From the human T2T-CHM13v2.0 reference genome, Homo sapiens: a DNA stretch of 64,000 nucleotides. The notes beneath the pieces are model-generated. The model did not search any database, was not told where the DNA came from, and saw nothing but the letters and a program-made list of their open reading frames with translations. The stretch lies in assembly GCF_009914755.1 (NCBI RefSeq), contig NC_060946.1; one strand, given 5' to 3'. A program made the translations under genes and the position numbers. Below, piece by piece: positions 1 through 19,445 of the stretch (its first letter is position 1; each line of letters begins with the position of its first letter).

Positions 1-1489
1 AGTTTCTCTGAGAAGAAGCAGTTACTACTACAGCAGTTAAACACCTGACTCCCAAATTATAAAAGCCTAAGTGTTGATTTTAAATCATTAATTGTCACCT
101 GTGAATCATAAAGTCTGAACTCTTTAAATTGCAAATACACATATAAAACGGATACTTATAAAAGGATCCATGAGTGGAACTGCAAAGTTTTGTCAAAATC
201 TGTATATATGTTTTCTTTTTAAGGGTCATAGATTTCAATATATGTTAAAAGATATCTGGAGCTAGTAAAGATTAATAACCATTTTCAGTTTTGTGCTGAA
301 ATTGGCAAATCATGGCTTTTCTCCCTCCAACACACCCCCTCCTGCCCCAGCACACCACTGGTTAATCTTTATTTTCAGGAGAGAAAAATATGTTTCATAT
401 TAATAAAGGTAAATTATACACTTGTTTGTTTTATACTTTTCCACCTCTTAAGCTTAATCGTGTTTTAATAATATATAATTGAATACATTAATATTTAGAT
501 GTTAGTAAACGAATAACAAATGTTCATTATTTCTCTTGAGCAGAGGAATACAAATTTTGCACCCATTGTTTTATAGAATGATTTTTAAAATCTCATTCAA
601 TCCCTTAGAAGTTTAAGATTTTTTTTCAAGAATTTATGTATAAAATTTTTACTTAGAAGCAGATAGTTCACAAAAAGTATGGGTTTTTTTTGGATTATAA
701 ATAAACTATTCCACTCACCAAGATGGTGAGACATCGTAATTTCTGGTATTTTGAAATGAAAACAAAACACAAGAATATGACAATGAAGCAAGTGAAAATT
801 AAAAGGGTACAGACTTTAGAAGTACCATAAGCTAAAAATAAAGTGAAACAAATCTGTAAAGGAACCAAAAACCCAGGCAGATATAACACAGTAAATTATG
901 AGAAGCTAAAAAAAATGAAGGGGTGACAAACAATAAAGTGAAAATCTCTGATAAAGCCAAAACTATTTGAATGGCAGTCAACAAAACAGAAGAAAAAAAT
1001 GACACTCATACCAAGGCAGAACTATGGAAATGCATCCCCGGGGGTAAGATAATAGAGTTGTGAATTAGTGGAGGCGAATTGCCAATACTGGCCAACTAAA
1101 GCCCGCTAACATGATTCAAACGATGGAGAAATTCTGTACCTGAAGATAAAAAGTCTGAAATATATTATGGTATAGTCAAATGAGTGTCATTTCTAATATA
1201 CACACTTATTTTTCAAGAGTTGATAATATGAAGTAAAAATTTAGTATGCAAAGTTCAAATTTTCCATTTGTTGAGTAATTCATTTTTATTAAATATTTTC
1301 CAACAATTAAAGTGGTACCAGAACAGAGTAGACATTCTGAGCTTTCACTTTACAAAAGCTACACATAAATCTACATACATTTAAAGGTATAAACAAAGTC
1401 AGAGCCTTGTGATATTTCAATAAACAATTGGAGAAAATTTTTCTTTAATAATAGATTATATACATATTGACCTCTTTGAGATCCTTATT

Positions 1490-3291
<1,802 letters not shown>

Positions 3292-3327
3292 AGATCCTTA
3301 TTGTGAGAGTCAGTTCAGAATCTGGGG

Positions 3328-3628
3328 TTTTGTTTTGTTTTGTTTTGAGATGGAGTCTCTCTCTGTTACCAGGCTGGAGTACAGTAGCACAGTCTCTCGG
3401 CTCATGCAACCTCTGCCTCCCAGGTCCAAGTGATTCTCCTGCCTCAGCCTCCCAAGTAGCTGGGACTACAGGCACGTGCCACCATGCCCAGTTAACTTTT
3501 GTATTTTTTTAGTAGAGATGGGGTTTCGCCATGTTGGCCAGGATGGTCCCGATCTGTTGACCTTGTGATTTGCCTGCCTCAGCCTCCCAAAGTGCTGGGA
3601 TCACAGACGTGAGCCACTGTGCCCAGCC
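3328..3628 (-). mobile_element. Alu (AluSc-like)
   Basis: Full dimer with a (TTTTG)n tail. TSD CAGAATCTGGG(G)TTTT at about 3316 and 3629. Confidence 0.93.
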
Positions 3629-5199
3629 CAGAATCTGGGTTTTAACCAGATTTGCCATTATAAAATGAAATAAAACCAAAACCACCAGTCAATATCTGTA
3701 GCAGTGTTTTTGTTGGGGAGCATGCACGTTTGTTTGAGCTTATTTATATATACAGAGCTGTTTAGCTTAATATTTAAATTGAAAATTTTTAGTATTTTTA
3801 GAATGTTTTAGATACTTTGATGAATAAATTTTGTGTTAACAAACTACTATTAAAAAAATTATAGGTTATATATTTCTGAACACATTGGCAGATGTAAATG
3901 ACAAAGTTATATTCACACAATCAGTTTTTCTTGCACAGAATTGACATTTTGTCAAAAAGTTAAAATCTTTGAAATGTATTTTCTGTCCTCATCTTTCCCC
4001 TTTTGAGCATTTTTCCCCCTGGGTTGGTTATAAAATATTCCCTAACTTCAGGCATCTGATTAAATTTTGGGTTTTCTCCCTTCCTACAAACTCATATGGA
4101 TTGGTAAAGATCTGATAGAAGACAATTGCCAAAACTCAATCAAATATGTTTTAAATTAAACTTCTCCAAGAAAATATTCATATTAATCCTTCTTTAATTG
4201 CTGAATGAGGAATAATTGTTCACTGACCCTTAAAATCCTAAAACTTAATCAGCTCACTGGAGTGGATGAATGGATATTTGTCCAGATGAGAATGCTTAAG
4301 ATCTACTTCAAGGAGTTCATAATAGTAAAAATGTCCTTTTCTTCCATCAGAAGCTTCATCCTGGATCTTTTCATCCTTATTTTTCTACTAGCTCTCCTTA
4401 TCCAAATACACTGACTTGGAACCCCAGTTTCAGTGGTGGACTGCGTGGATTTGATTCTAAGTTATGCTATAATGAGAAAGTAGCTTTAACCCTATTCTCA
4501 TTTTCTTCACATGTAATATAGAAATCATCATCAGACAATATACAGATAGGGGCCAGTTATTTCACAGATAATAATAGGTGAAAATGGAGAGTATGTGGGT
4601 GTAGAAATGGGAAAGTGAGTTTAAATGGTTTCAGGAGTCTGTGGAAGTTGTCTTTGGATGATTCAATGTTCTCAGGGAAGCACAACCAAAAAGACATTGA
4701 GGATTTCTGGGGAAGTGTTAGGGATTAGAGACAGGATAAGATACAAAACTAGGTAAATTAGAGAGTGAATGGATTGGAACATATGTAGTATGATTGATTG
4801 ATAGGCTGCACTCAGATTCTCAGTTTCAAGTGGGATATTTTTCAATTTGATCCATATAGCTAGTTGCTCAAATATATGTGGGGATTTGGTGGAAATTTGG
4901 ATCTAACCACGGTTATTTTCCTGGTTAGATTCAGCAAAGTGAAAGAGAAACAAGGAAGTTGAAGTTTCCTGGGAATTGTTGGCCATGGAATTTAGGCAGG
5001 AGAACAGGAAATAGAGTACATCAAGTAGGTAAGAGTCATTGTGAATATGACAAAATAATAGTTGGGAGGTCTCAGAGAGATTGAAAAATTTTATGTCAGC
5101 GTATGAAAGGGAATGATTAAAGGAGGAGCTCAGAGAATGGGATGAATGAAATTGTGACTACAGAGAACTTCCTATTATAAGTAACGACGATGCTTCACT

Positions 5200-5388
5200 T
5201 AGTCCATCTGGAAGTGTGGTCCCTGTGCTAGCAGCATCAGCATCACCTGGGAACTTACTAGAACTGCATATTCTCAGGTTACACCCCCAGATCTACCAAA
5301 TCTGAAATTCCAATAGCAGGTCTCAGCAATCTCTTATTGTAACACAACAGTAGGCAATTTTGAGGCACACAGTAGTTAGCACAACTGG
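5200..5388. mobile_element. MER5A (hAT-Charlie DNA transposon)
   Basis: GTGTGGTCCC...CAGCAGCATCAGCATCACCTGGGAACTT-like MER5A core. Confidence 0.8.
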
Positions 5389-5399
5389 TCTAGGGTATG

Positions 5400-6085
5400 T
5401 CCTATTTGGTCTTCCTCCCCAGTTCACAGTACAGAGCTACTAAAACTTGAAATTTCCTGATAGAGATGAGAGGACCATCCTTTACTAGTCATAAGTCCCT
5501 CTTAGCCATACCTGAGTTTATGCTATTGACATGACATGAGTGGTGGCTGGAGACCTGTATAGCTTCAGGGTGGGTGCTGGACATTGGAAACATGAAGGCA
5601 TAACTAGATGGTTGAAACTGTCAGCCCTCTCCTCCATCACCTCTGAGGTGCTGGGAGGGTGATACAGTGATATACTTAGAGGTCATATGGCAGCTTTGTG
5701 CCCCTTTTCACCATACCTGGCCTTATGTGTCTCTTCTATTTGACAGTTCCTGATTTGTATCAGACAGTAACTGTAAGCAAAGTGCTTTCTTGGGTTCTGT
5801 GCGCCATCTTAGCAAATTATAGAACCTGGGGAAGGAATCCATGGAAGTCCTAATTTATAGACACTTTTGGTCAGGAGTATGGGAGGTTCACAACTCCTCT
5901 CTAATGGTGTGGGGAGGCAGTCTTGTGGACCTGAACCTTGAACTTTTGGGATCTGATGCTATCTCCAGATAGATAGTCTCAGGATTGAATTGAATTGTAG
6001 GACACCATTTGGTGTCCTGAGAGTTGAAGAATTGATTGGGGTGAGACTAAATCCACAAATTTGATCTCAGAAGTTTGAGTAGAAA
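5400..6085 (+). mobile_element. MER21-like solo LTR
   Basis: Motifs TTTGGTCTTC...CAGAGCT..TAAAAC, CCATACCTGAGTTTATGCTA and GGATCTGATGCTATCTCCAG..AGATAGT typical of MER21. Confidence 0.75.
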
Positions 6086-6848
6086 TAATTCTGTTGGAAA
6101 ACATTATTGTTAGATCAAAGGTGTTCATAGAACTGAGAGATCAAAATGGCAAAGAGTCATCTATGATTACACATTGTTGACATAAACTAGAATTAAGTCA
6201 AGAGTATGTCAAAGACAGTTACATTGAGCCAGGGATAAAAATAGTAAATCAATTGATTGATTAGAATTTAGTAAATGCTATTTTTTATTAAAAAAATCCT
6301 TAATTAATGGAGATACTTATCTCCATTTTGACTTTAAATTTATAATTTAAAAATTGCTATTTTATATATTTTCCTTAAAAGGAAATTGAAAAGCAATAGC
6401 AAAATGCTTCGACAGAAAATCTACCCTTCTTATTCCCAAGAGGAAGAATGGCCAACTACCTTAAGCACAAAGTTAGAAAAACTTTCATAATTTTTTAAGT
6501 TGTCATATTTTATAGCTTTGAACAAGTTGAATTGTTAACTAGACTGCCCAGGGAATGGAGCCATCTAATATAATTTCCTTACTATTTAGATAAGATCTTT
6601 GTTGTTGAAAATCTTAATCATTTTTAATGATCCTGTTTTCAGAGCCTGATATTAATGATTCGTGAAACTTATTAAATGTAGTTATGCATCTGATTTGAAA
6701 ATCATGAGGGAGATTTTTGGTCAGATATGCATAGCAAATCTATGTCACTAGACATATGTCCCTGCTACCCATGTCACAACCTTTATGTCTACTCTTGAAT
6801 TGAGGTTTTGCTACGTTTTATTTTTGAGGTTTAAGAATTATTCATTTA

Positions 6849-6980
6849 GGTACTCTGGGTGCAGCGCACCAGCATGGCACATGTATACATATGTAACTAA
6901 TCTGCACAATGTGCACATGTACCCTAAAACTTAAAGTATAATAATAAAAATAAAATAAAATAAAATAAAATAAAATAAAA
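6849..6980 (+). mobile_element. Very short young L1 3' end (L1PA2/L1HS-like)
   Basis: GGGTGCAGCGCACCAGCATGG...CACAATGTGCACATGTACCC, (TAAAA)n tail, and a perfect 16-bp TSD AAGAATTATTCATTTA at 6833-6848 and 6981-6996. Confidence 0.93.
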
Positions 6981-7064
6981 AAGAATTATTCATTTAACTG
7001 ACGGAAAATTGTGTTTCTCTTGTTAGAATAGAGCCCAATTTATCTTTTCTATTTTTCATGGAGA

Positions 7065-7290
7065 CATGAAAGGATGTGAATTTGGAATCAGAGAAACCTG
7101 AGTTCCACCATGGTTTCTTCCTCTTGCAAGCCATGAAATCCACAGTGGGTTAGTGGATATTACAACACCTCTGGTCCCACCTAATTAAGATGGAAAAAAT
7201 AATACTAATTGAAAGAATGAATGTGATAGTGAGAAGAAATGGTATCAATAAAGTTTCTGGAACACAGTAAGTTCTAACAAATGCTAGTTC
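7065..7290 (+). mobile_element. MIR
   Basis: TTTGGAATCAGAGAAACCTGAGTT 5' motif and CTGGAACACAGTAAGTTCTAACAAATGCTAG 3' motif. Confidence 0.65.
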
Positions 7291-9352
7291 TTTTCTTTCA
7301 TTATTCAAAATCTAAATAGAAGCCAGTTGGTAATTCCAAGATAATAGTATGAAGACAAAAAAAAAAGTTTAACTGACCTTCAACCATTGAGACCTTATCT
7401 TATAAGAAGCAAAATTAACAAATATTTTCTCCCTTCTACAAATGTACACCCTCTGAGAAAGAGAGACAGTGTTCCAGTCAAGTATTCTGTGCACACATAG
7501 GAAGGGAAGAAGAATAAGAGAGAATCTTTAAAAAGACAATTTAGTTAGGCACCCTATTTTTACAGGCAATAACATTTTATAGAACTTATGGCATACAAAA
7601 TAGACCTTAAATGGACTCAGTGCTGAGAAATTTTTATAAGGGTGCTTTATTTTCTTCTATGGTAAATCTAGGAACCAATAAAATAGCTTTGATAATTCAC
7701 TCATTACATTCTTTCCTAACTAAACTATTTACATTATAAATTTTGTTGATATGCTGTGCTTTTGCATTAATAATTCTCATGTATCTCATTTGTGAATACA
7801 TGAGAACTAGCTGTAAAATAAGGAAAATGTAATTTTGAAACATCTTCAAAAACAGTTGCATAATTTAACAAATGTTTATAAATTTTCATCCTTACTCTAA
7901 AACCATAGATATCCTAAAAGTGATTGAAGGTAAAATGATTTATTTAAAGAGCTAGATTTCTCACCATGAATTATTTTATCTCCATACAATCTGTAGTAGT
8001 GTTATACAATGGTTAAGAAGAAATTACCTAAAAGTGAGAATAAAGATACAGGTTATTAACACTTCATTTTGTGGATGAGACCTGAAAAATTAAACTTTTC
8101 TTCTAGAGACAAGTTGGAGTTAGTTGTGTATATAGTGTGAATACATAGTGTCTATATTTTACTGTCATTATTTAAACAGAAACATGTAATTTGCACTTCA
8201 AAAACCTACTACAAATTAGCTGTGTCATTTGCAAGTGTCAAAATTATCTCATTAATGATCAGACAGGCTTTTTGCTCATTGTAATGAGATGTTCCTATAA
8301 ACCAAATTTGAAAGACAAAGACAGAGTTTGGAGTCTTTAATTCTTGGTAAAATCAGTAGCTCTATTTGCAAAATACTATTTCTACTCAAGCATATTTTTA
8401 TTTACAAGGCACTTCACAAATGTTGACCACAAAGATGCTTCTACCTAGCAGAAATAATTATAGTTACATATAGTTGTCTAGGAATATCTTAAACATGGGG
8501 TATTAAAATAACTTTCAAGAACAAGAAGAAATGTTATACCAGGCATTTTTGCAACTAGTGCTCTATTTCAGTGCAATATTTGTGGCAATTAAAAAACATA
8601 AATGGCTTCGATATTCAGCTAAGATATCAAAGGAAAAATATGCAAAAGCATGATTATTTTATAAATGTTTCACATATGTGACTTGAGGTACAAAACCTCT
8701 AAGTTTAAAATTGTCTTTTTAAAAAAGAAATCAAAACAGACAAGTGGGCAATAAGTTATGGATACTATTATAGGGTACCCTGATAAACTAGTAAGAAGAA
8801 GACTTTTGGTACTGAAAATTCCAATTAACCACATGCCTCCATCAAGGCCATGATCACTGCCAATTTTTACTCACAAAGGCTGGAGCTAGAGTTATGTGGA
8901 ATTCCATATGTATCTAAACCATAGATTTATCAATTATCACTTAAACACAACTTGGAGGAAACTATCCAGAATTTGTAGGGCTTGGCCTTATTCTAGAGAA
9001 ACATACACTAGAATAGGCAGTTGGATTTTAAATTCAGTCTTAAATCTGTTGAAAATAATGCATTTTTTTCTCAGAGATGAGATATTGTCCAACTCTCTTG
9101 ACTTACTTTAGATTTGATATTATACAGTTCGAATACCATGGAGATTTACTAATCTGAATGAACACATACCAAATTAGTCTTTGCTCCAGTCTCGAAATCT
9201 GAGATTAATTCTGGCTGCTGAAGAAATTTTCCAGGGTTAGGAGTATGCTTCAACGCTGGTGACCGGTACTACTTTCTGGTAAACTATAGATGACATGTGC
9301 CCTTTCACTGCCTAAACTCACTTTGTAGAACACCATTAAATGAAAATCATCA

Positions 9353-9640
<288 letters not shown>

Positions 9641-9665
9641 AAATTATCAGTGTTCAGTGACTTTT

Positions 9666-9738
9666 TTTTCATGCTGATAAACTATTACACAGAAAAAGAA
9701 AATTTTCATGCTGATAAACTATTACACAGAAAAAGAAA
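9666..9738. repeat. Tandem duplication, period 37 bp
   Basis: TTTTCATGCTGATAAACTATTACACAGAAAAAGAAA occurs identically at 9666 and 9703. Confidence 0.95.
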
Positions 9739-9796
9739 TGTATCCATTATGGACAATTAAAAGGGCTATACAATCTCTCTCATTGTATGATTCTGG

Positions 9797-10113
9797 TTTT
9801 TTCTTTTTCTTTTCTTTTTTTCTTTTTTTAAGACAGGATCTCACTCTGTCACCCAGGCTGGAATGCAGTGGCTCTATCTTGGCTCACTGCAACCTCAGCC
9901 TCCCGGGTTCAAGCTATTCTCCTGCCTTAGCCTCCTGAGCAGCTAGGACTAAAAGCATTCACCACCACGCCAAGCTAATTTGTGTATTTTTTTAATACAG
10001 GTTGGGTTTTGCCATGTTGCCCAGGCTGGTCTTGAACTCCTGACCTCAAATGATCCTCCCGCCTCGGCCTCCCTAAGTGTTGACATTACAGGCATAAGCC
10101 ACCAGGCTTGGCC
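9797..10113 (-). mobile_element. Alu (AluSz/AluJb-like)
   Basis: Full dimer; TSD-like TGATTCTG at 9788 and 10114. Confidence 0.92.
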
Positions 10114-10929
10114 TGATTCTGTTTTTTTAACACAAATCCTATTACTTCTGTTTTAATTTTACAAAGCCATAGGTTTTTAATCTGATAAACATTTGAGAAA
10201 GCATCCAGATAAATTTATAAATAGAAAAATAAATTCAGATACATATAATTAAGTTTATGATCTAACTAGTGGGTGGCAACTGAAAAATTTTCAAGTTCCA
10301 TAAACTGAAGTGAAAGGATCACTTTCCTGAAAATATTACAAAGGCTTGATAATTACCTGGATTGTACTAAAACCTACACAATCTAGTATATTCTATAGCA
10401 GCAATTCATAAAGACAGCTTCACTTACCATGTAGAATTTATACGTACACTAAATTTAAGGAATGCGTTACTTGTTATTGGAGTAGGATAATATCTCACAG
10501 TAGAACTGATTTGCATGAATGGCTATTAAACTATCATCGATGTAGAAATTAAACATTAAGCTATTCAGCCCCAGATGTGTGAGAGACAGAGAAAGTCTTC
10601 AAAACAGTTCAGCTATCAAATCCCTTCCTCAATAGCTCTTTGAGTCTCAAGACAGTTTTAACCACACACAGCCTCAGAGTCTTATGGTCCAAACAACATT
10701 TGACTGCAGCTCTAAAGTAAGCAAACATTTGAAAAGAAACAATCAAAGATCTATGTCTGTAGTTATGGTCAAGGAGGTCCACCTACCGGTGGGTGAGCAT
10801 GGCAAGGATAGGGACTAAGCCAAATGATGGGTTTACCAAAACAGAAACAAGAGAAGCCAGTGGAAGCAGAGTCCAGGTTATAACAGGAGCCCAGGCACTT
10901 GATGTGGGAACCCTATTTGTCTCATTTAA

Positions 10930-11056
10930 CAGCTAGAGTTTTAACGTCCTATGAGGCAGAGCTAATGCTCTTCATTATTTTTTTTTTTGTAATTGACTGC
11001 ATGGTTTAGAACTATGCCTTGAATTTAATATCTATCTTTTGAATAAATGAATTAAT
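10930..11056 (+). mobile_element. L2 3' end
   Basis: CTATGAGGCAGAG...TTTTGAATAAATGAAT, resembling the L2 terminus. Confidence 0.5.
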
Positions 11057-11719
11057 AATGATGAAAATCTGTCCACAGGTTATGTGCAGTACTGAAGAGC
11101 AACTTCAGCTATTGAGGTATCTATCAGAAGTCTTACTCTCTAAAAAGCCTCTGGTTAATTACTGATATAGGTTGCTGACAATTTCACTCTCACAATGTAG
11201 GGGAAGCAGGAATGTTATCTGGCCTCTTGGCTCCTCTTCCTTTGCCTTCCACAGATCTCTCTGCTGGTTCATAGAGGAACACTTTTGTGGCTCTCAGTTC
11301 ATTTTGCAATTCTGCTAGAATCTCATTCCATCCTCAATTGTAACTATCTTTTCCTTCACCCAACACTTATTTATGGAGGGACAGATACCAAGAAGAAATC
11401 ACACTCTCGATTACAAAGTGGGAAGACGCACCCCTTGGCCAGAAAGCCTGCCTCCTATGTTCATGATGGATATTTCTAATTGATCTCGACACTCTTTCCC
11501 ATTGAGCCCATGTCCCAAATTGGCCCTGAGTTAGGGAGAGGGCTCTAGAGTGGGAAAGGTGTACCCAAAACTTCCCTAATCTGACTATCAAGACTAAAAA
11601 ATTAAACTTTCAATTCAACATCTCTTGTTTCTCCAACTTGGAGTGCCTGATGGTGTGGGAAGCCCCTACTCATAAAAATTCATAGTTGAAGATTGTTGGT
11701 AATTTTGCCCAACCCCTTC

Positions 11720-12170
11720 TTTTTTTTGTTATACTTTAAGTTCTAGGGTACATGTGCACAACGTGCAGGTTCGTTTCATATGTATACATGTGACATGTTG
11801 GTGTGCTGCACCCATTAACTCGTCATTTACATTAGGTATATATCCTAATGCTTTCCCTCCCCTAGCCCCTCACCCCACAACAAGCCTCAGTGTGTGCTGT
11901 TCCCCTTCCTGTATCCATGTGTTCTCATTGTTTAATTCCCACCTATGACTGAGAACATGCGGCGTTTGTTTTTTTGTCCTTGTGATAGTTTGCTGAGAAT
12001 GATGGTTTCCAGCTTCATCCATGTCCCTACAAAGGACATGAACTCATCATTTTTTATGGCTGCATAGTATTCCATGGTGTATATGTGCCACATTTTCTTA
12101 TTCCAGTCTATCATTGTTGGACATTTGGGTTGGTTCCAAGTCTTTGCTATTGTCAGTAGTGCCTCAATAA
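11720..12170 (-). mobile_element. 5'-truncated L1PA 3' end (about L1PA4-6)
   Basis: L1 3'UTR plus ORF2 terminus (ORF 11932-12114). Short degenerate TSD CCTTCTTT. Confidence 0.92.
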
Positions 12171-13530
12171 GCTCCTTCTTTCTTTGCCTAGTTACACCTC
12201 AAAGCAACCTCCTGGCAGGCCAGCCTTAAGCCTAGCAGTCCAACCATGCATCTAAGTTGAGTTCTCATCAGAGCCAACTCCAATTATAAACAACTGAGAT
12301 GATGCCAGAGGCCAGAATCCCTGAGAACCCAATTTACTGTCATCACCATGGCTGAAACAAGGCGTTTGGCATCTAGAAAAGCTGATCTGTAGGAAATTTC
12401 CAATAGAGTTCAATTTTTCTAAGTTTAAAGTGTACAATATCATCAAGGTCAGACACTCGAGATAAAACTAGGCTTGCGTTTAAATATAATAAAAATATTT
12501 GAAGAATAGTAAGAGTGGTGACTACTTTTACACAGGAATGTTTTAAATAAATTGTTTTTTTTCTTCTGCCTTTTAAATTTTGTTATTTGTCAATGAGATG
12601 CTGACATATTTTTAATGAAGCACGCCTTGTAAAATAATAAGTGAATGAAAAATACACAGTAATATTCACATCAACAAAGCTAGAGGAAGACTGTATGTCT
12701 CAAGAGGCTCCATCATCTACCCAGTGGCCACTTGACCAAATTAAGATCCAAATTCCAAGAAGAAAAGTAATTAAAATTTGTGTTGTATGTCTTATAAGAC
12801 CAAACCTATAAAATGAGGAGAAACTTCACAATTACTTGTAATTTGCTCTGTGGAATTGTAACAGATGGATTATAAAGATGATTCCATGATAAACATCTAA
12901 ATGTGGTTACTACCTTCTGTGCTTTCTTGGTTCATATTTTTATTGGTTTTTCTTTATAAACAGATAATTCATTCTTATCTATGGCAATGCAAACTTTTCA
13001 GATGTATTGAATATGTCATAGTTTTTTCTATTGTAGGCATCTCTGAAAAAGGCATAGAAAACAAACAGAGCAAAGTCTGGTGTTGGAAAGGAGAGAGAAA
13101 TAAAGCTTGTAAAGGAATGAAAATTAGAGCTTTCTGGAGATAAAAATTCTTAGAAGATACAAAAGCTAGTTACTGAATTAGATGGAGGCTCTTTTTCAGT
13201 TTTTCCAAGTTGTTCACCTCTTAGAAGGCACAAATTCACAGCAGAAAAGAAGGAAAGGGTTAAAAAGAAAATACCTCGGTGTAGTGAGACAGTAATTTCA
13301 TGACGGCATTACTGAAGACTCACTTTTTCCAGCATCACTCAGCATGGTATTATGCATGTGTGTAATGTAAAGGAAAGTGAATACGCATTCTTGGATGGGT
13401 GATCAAATCGTAATTCCAGAATATAATCAGAGGCTGATTCATTATCCTCTTGAGATTTTACAATCTTTCCATCAGGAATTAAAATTCAGAAGAGGGTAAA
13501 TATATCTAATCTTTTGAACGTTAAAAATTA

Positions 13531-14544
13531 GAGGGTGGAGCCAAGATGGCCAAATAGGAACAGCTCCAGTCTACAGGTCCCAGCGTGAGTGATGCAGAAG
13601 ACCGGAGATATCTGCATTTCCAACTGAGGTACCAGGTTCATCTCACTGGGGAGTGCTGGACAGTGGGTGCAGCGCACCATGCGTGAGCCAAAGCAGGGCA
13701 AGGCATCACCTCACCTGGGAAGCACAAGGGGTCAGGGAATTCCCTTTCCTAGTCAAAGAAAGGGGTGACAGATGGCACCTGGAAAATCAGGTCACTCCCA
13801 CCCTAATACTGTGCTTTTCCAACACGTTTATCAAACGGCACACCAGGAGATTATATCCAGCACCTGGCTTGGAGGATCCTACACCCACGGAGACTCGCTG
13901 TTTGCTAGCACAGCAGTCTGAGTTTAAACTGTAAGGTAACAGTGGGTCTGGGGGAGGGGCACCCGCCATTGCTCAGGCTTGAGTAAGTAAACAAAGCAGC
14001 CGGGAAGTTCGAACTGGGTGGAGCCCACCACAGCTCAAGGAGGCCAGCCTGCCTCTGTAGGCTCCACCTCTGGGGGTAGGGCACAGACACACAAAAGACA
14101 GCAATAACCTCTGCAGACTTAAATGTCCCTGTCTGACAGCTTTGAAGAGAGGAGTGGTTCTCCCAGCACGCAGCTTAAGATCTGAGAACGGGCAGACAAC
14201 CCCCTCTAGTGGGTCCCTGACCCCCGAGTAGCCTAACTGGGAGGCACCCCCCAGTAGGCACAGACTGACACCCTGCATGGCCGGGTACCCCTCTGAGACA
14301 AAACTTCCAGAGGAACAATCAGGCAGCAGCATTTGCAGTTCACCAATGTCCACTGTTCTGCAGCCACCACTGCTGATACCCAGGCAAATAGTGTCTGGAG
14401 TAGACCTCCAGTAAACTCCAACAGAACTGCAGCTGAGGGTCCTGACTGGTAGAAGGAAAACTAACAAACAGAAAGGACATCCACACCAAAACCCCATCTG
14501 TATGTCACCATCATCAAAGACCAAAGGTAGATAAAACCACAAAG
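13531..14544 (+). promoter_or_regulatory. L1 5'UTR internal sense/antisense promoter; YY1 site at 13542-13550; 129-bp ZNF93-target segment at 14288-14416
   Basis: CAAGATGGC motif. The 129-bp insert relative to L1HS lies between GGGTA and TCCAACAG. Confidence 0.8.
13787..13969 (-). pseudogene. ORF0: L1 antisense ORF0, truncated to 60 aa
   Basis: MAGAPPP...SDCCAS...SVGVG...IRVGVT matches primate L1 ORF0p; premature stop. Confidence 0.85.
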
Positions 14545-15559
14545 ATGGGAAAAACAGAGCAGAAAAACCGGAAACTCTAAAAATCAGAGTGCCTCTCCTC
14601 CTCGAAAGGAATGCAGCTCCTCACCAGCAATGGAACAAAGCTGGACGGAGAATGACTTTGACGAGTTGAGAGAGGAAGGCTTCAGAAGATCAAAGTACTC
14701 TGAGCTAAAGGAGGAAGTTCAAACCAATGGCAAAGAAGTTAAAAACTTTCAGAAAAAAATTAGACGAATGGATAACTAGAATAACCAATGCGGAGAAGTC
14801 CTTAAAGGATCTGTTGGAGCTGAAAACCATGGCATGAGAACTACATGACAAATTCATAAGCCTCATAACCGATGTGATCAACTGTAAGAAAGGGTATCAG
14901 CGATGGAAGATGAAATGAATGAAATGAAGCATGAAGAGAAGTTTAGAGAAAAAAGAATAAAAAGAAATGAACAAAGCCTCCAAGAAATATGGGACTATGT
15001 GCAAAGACCAAATCTATGTCTATTTGGTTTACCTGAAAGTGACGGAGATAATGGAACCAAGATGGAAAACACTCTGCAGGATATTATCCAGGAGAACTTC
15101 CCCAATCTAGCAAGGCAGGCCAACATACAAATACAGGAAATACAGAGAATGCCAGAAAGATACTCCTCGAGAACAGCAACTCCAAGAAACATAATTGTCA
15201 GATTCACCACAGTTGAAACGAAGGAAAAAATTTTAAAGGCAGCCAGAGAGAAAGGTCTGGTTACCCACAAAAGGAAGCCCATCAGACTAACTGCTGATCT
15301 CTCCGTAGAAACTCTACAAGCCAGAAGAGAGTAGGGGCCAATATTCAACATTCTTAAAGGAAAGAATTTTCAACCCAGAATTTCATATCCAGCCAAACTA
15401 AGCTTCATAAATGAAGGAGAAATAATATACTCCACAGACAAGCAAATGCTGAGAGATTTTGTCACCACCAGGCCTGCCCTAAAAGAGCTCCTGAAGGAAG
15501 CACTAAACATGGAAAGGAAGAACTGGTACCAGCCACTGTAAAAACCTGCCAAATTGTAA
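14545..15559 (+). pseudogene. ORF1: L1 ORF1p, disrupted
   Basis: ATG at 14545. Open piece 14903-15334 (RNEQSLQEIWDYV...REKG). Stops and frameshifts elsewhere. Confidence 0.92.
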
Positions 15560-15622
15560 AGACCGTCAAGGCTAGGAAGAAACTGCATCAACTAACGAGG
15601 AAAATAACCAGCTAACATCATA

Positions 15623-19445
<3,823 letters not shown>

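Larger units (their letters stand above)
4570..6250 (-). mobile_element. Ancient L2 fragment interrupted by MER5A and MER21
   Basis: Purine-rich L2-like sequence (GGAAGTTGTCTTTGGATGATTCAATGTTCTCAGGGAAG) that resumes after about 6090. Highly diverged; boundaries approximate. Confidence 0.5.

Noticed and set aside
9666-9738. 36-37-bp direct repeat resembling a CRISPR repeat
   Set aside because: There are only two adjacent copies, no spacers and no cas genes, and the DNA is eukaryotic.
10423-10430. Isolated strong minus-strand donors (also near 33665 and 44736)
   Set aside because: No convincing paired acceptor was found, and such sites are expected by chance in 64 kb.
13973-14542. 189-aa antisense ORF
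   Set aside because: It is the antisense frame of the L1 5'UTR, which is commonly open. It is neither a cellular gene nor ORF0.
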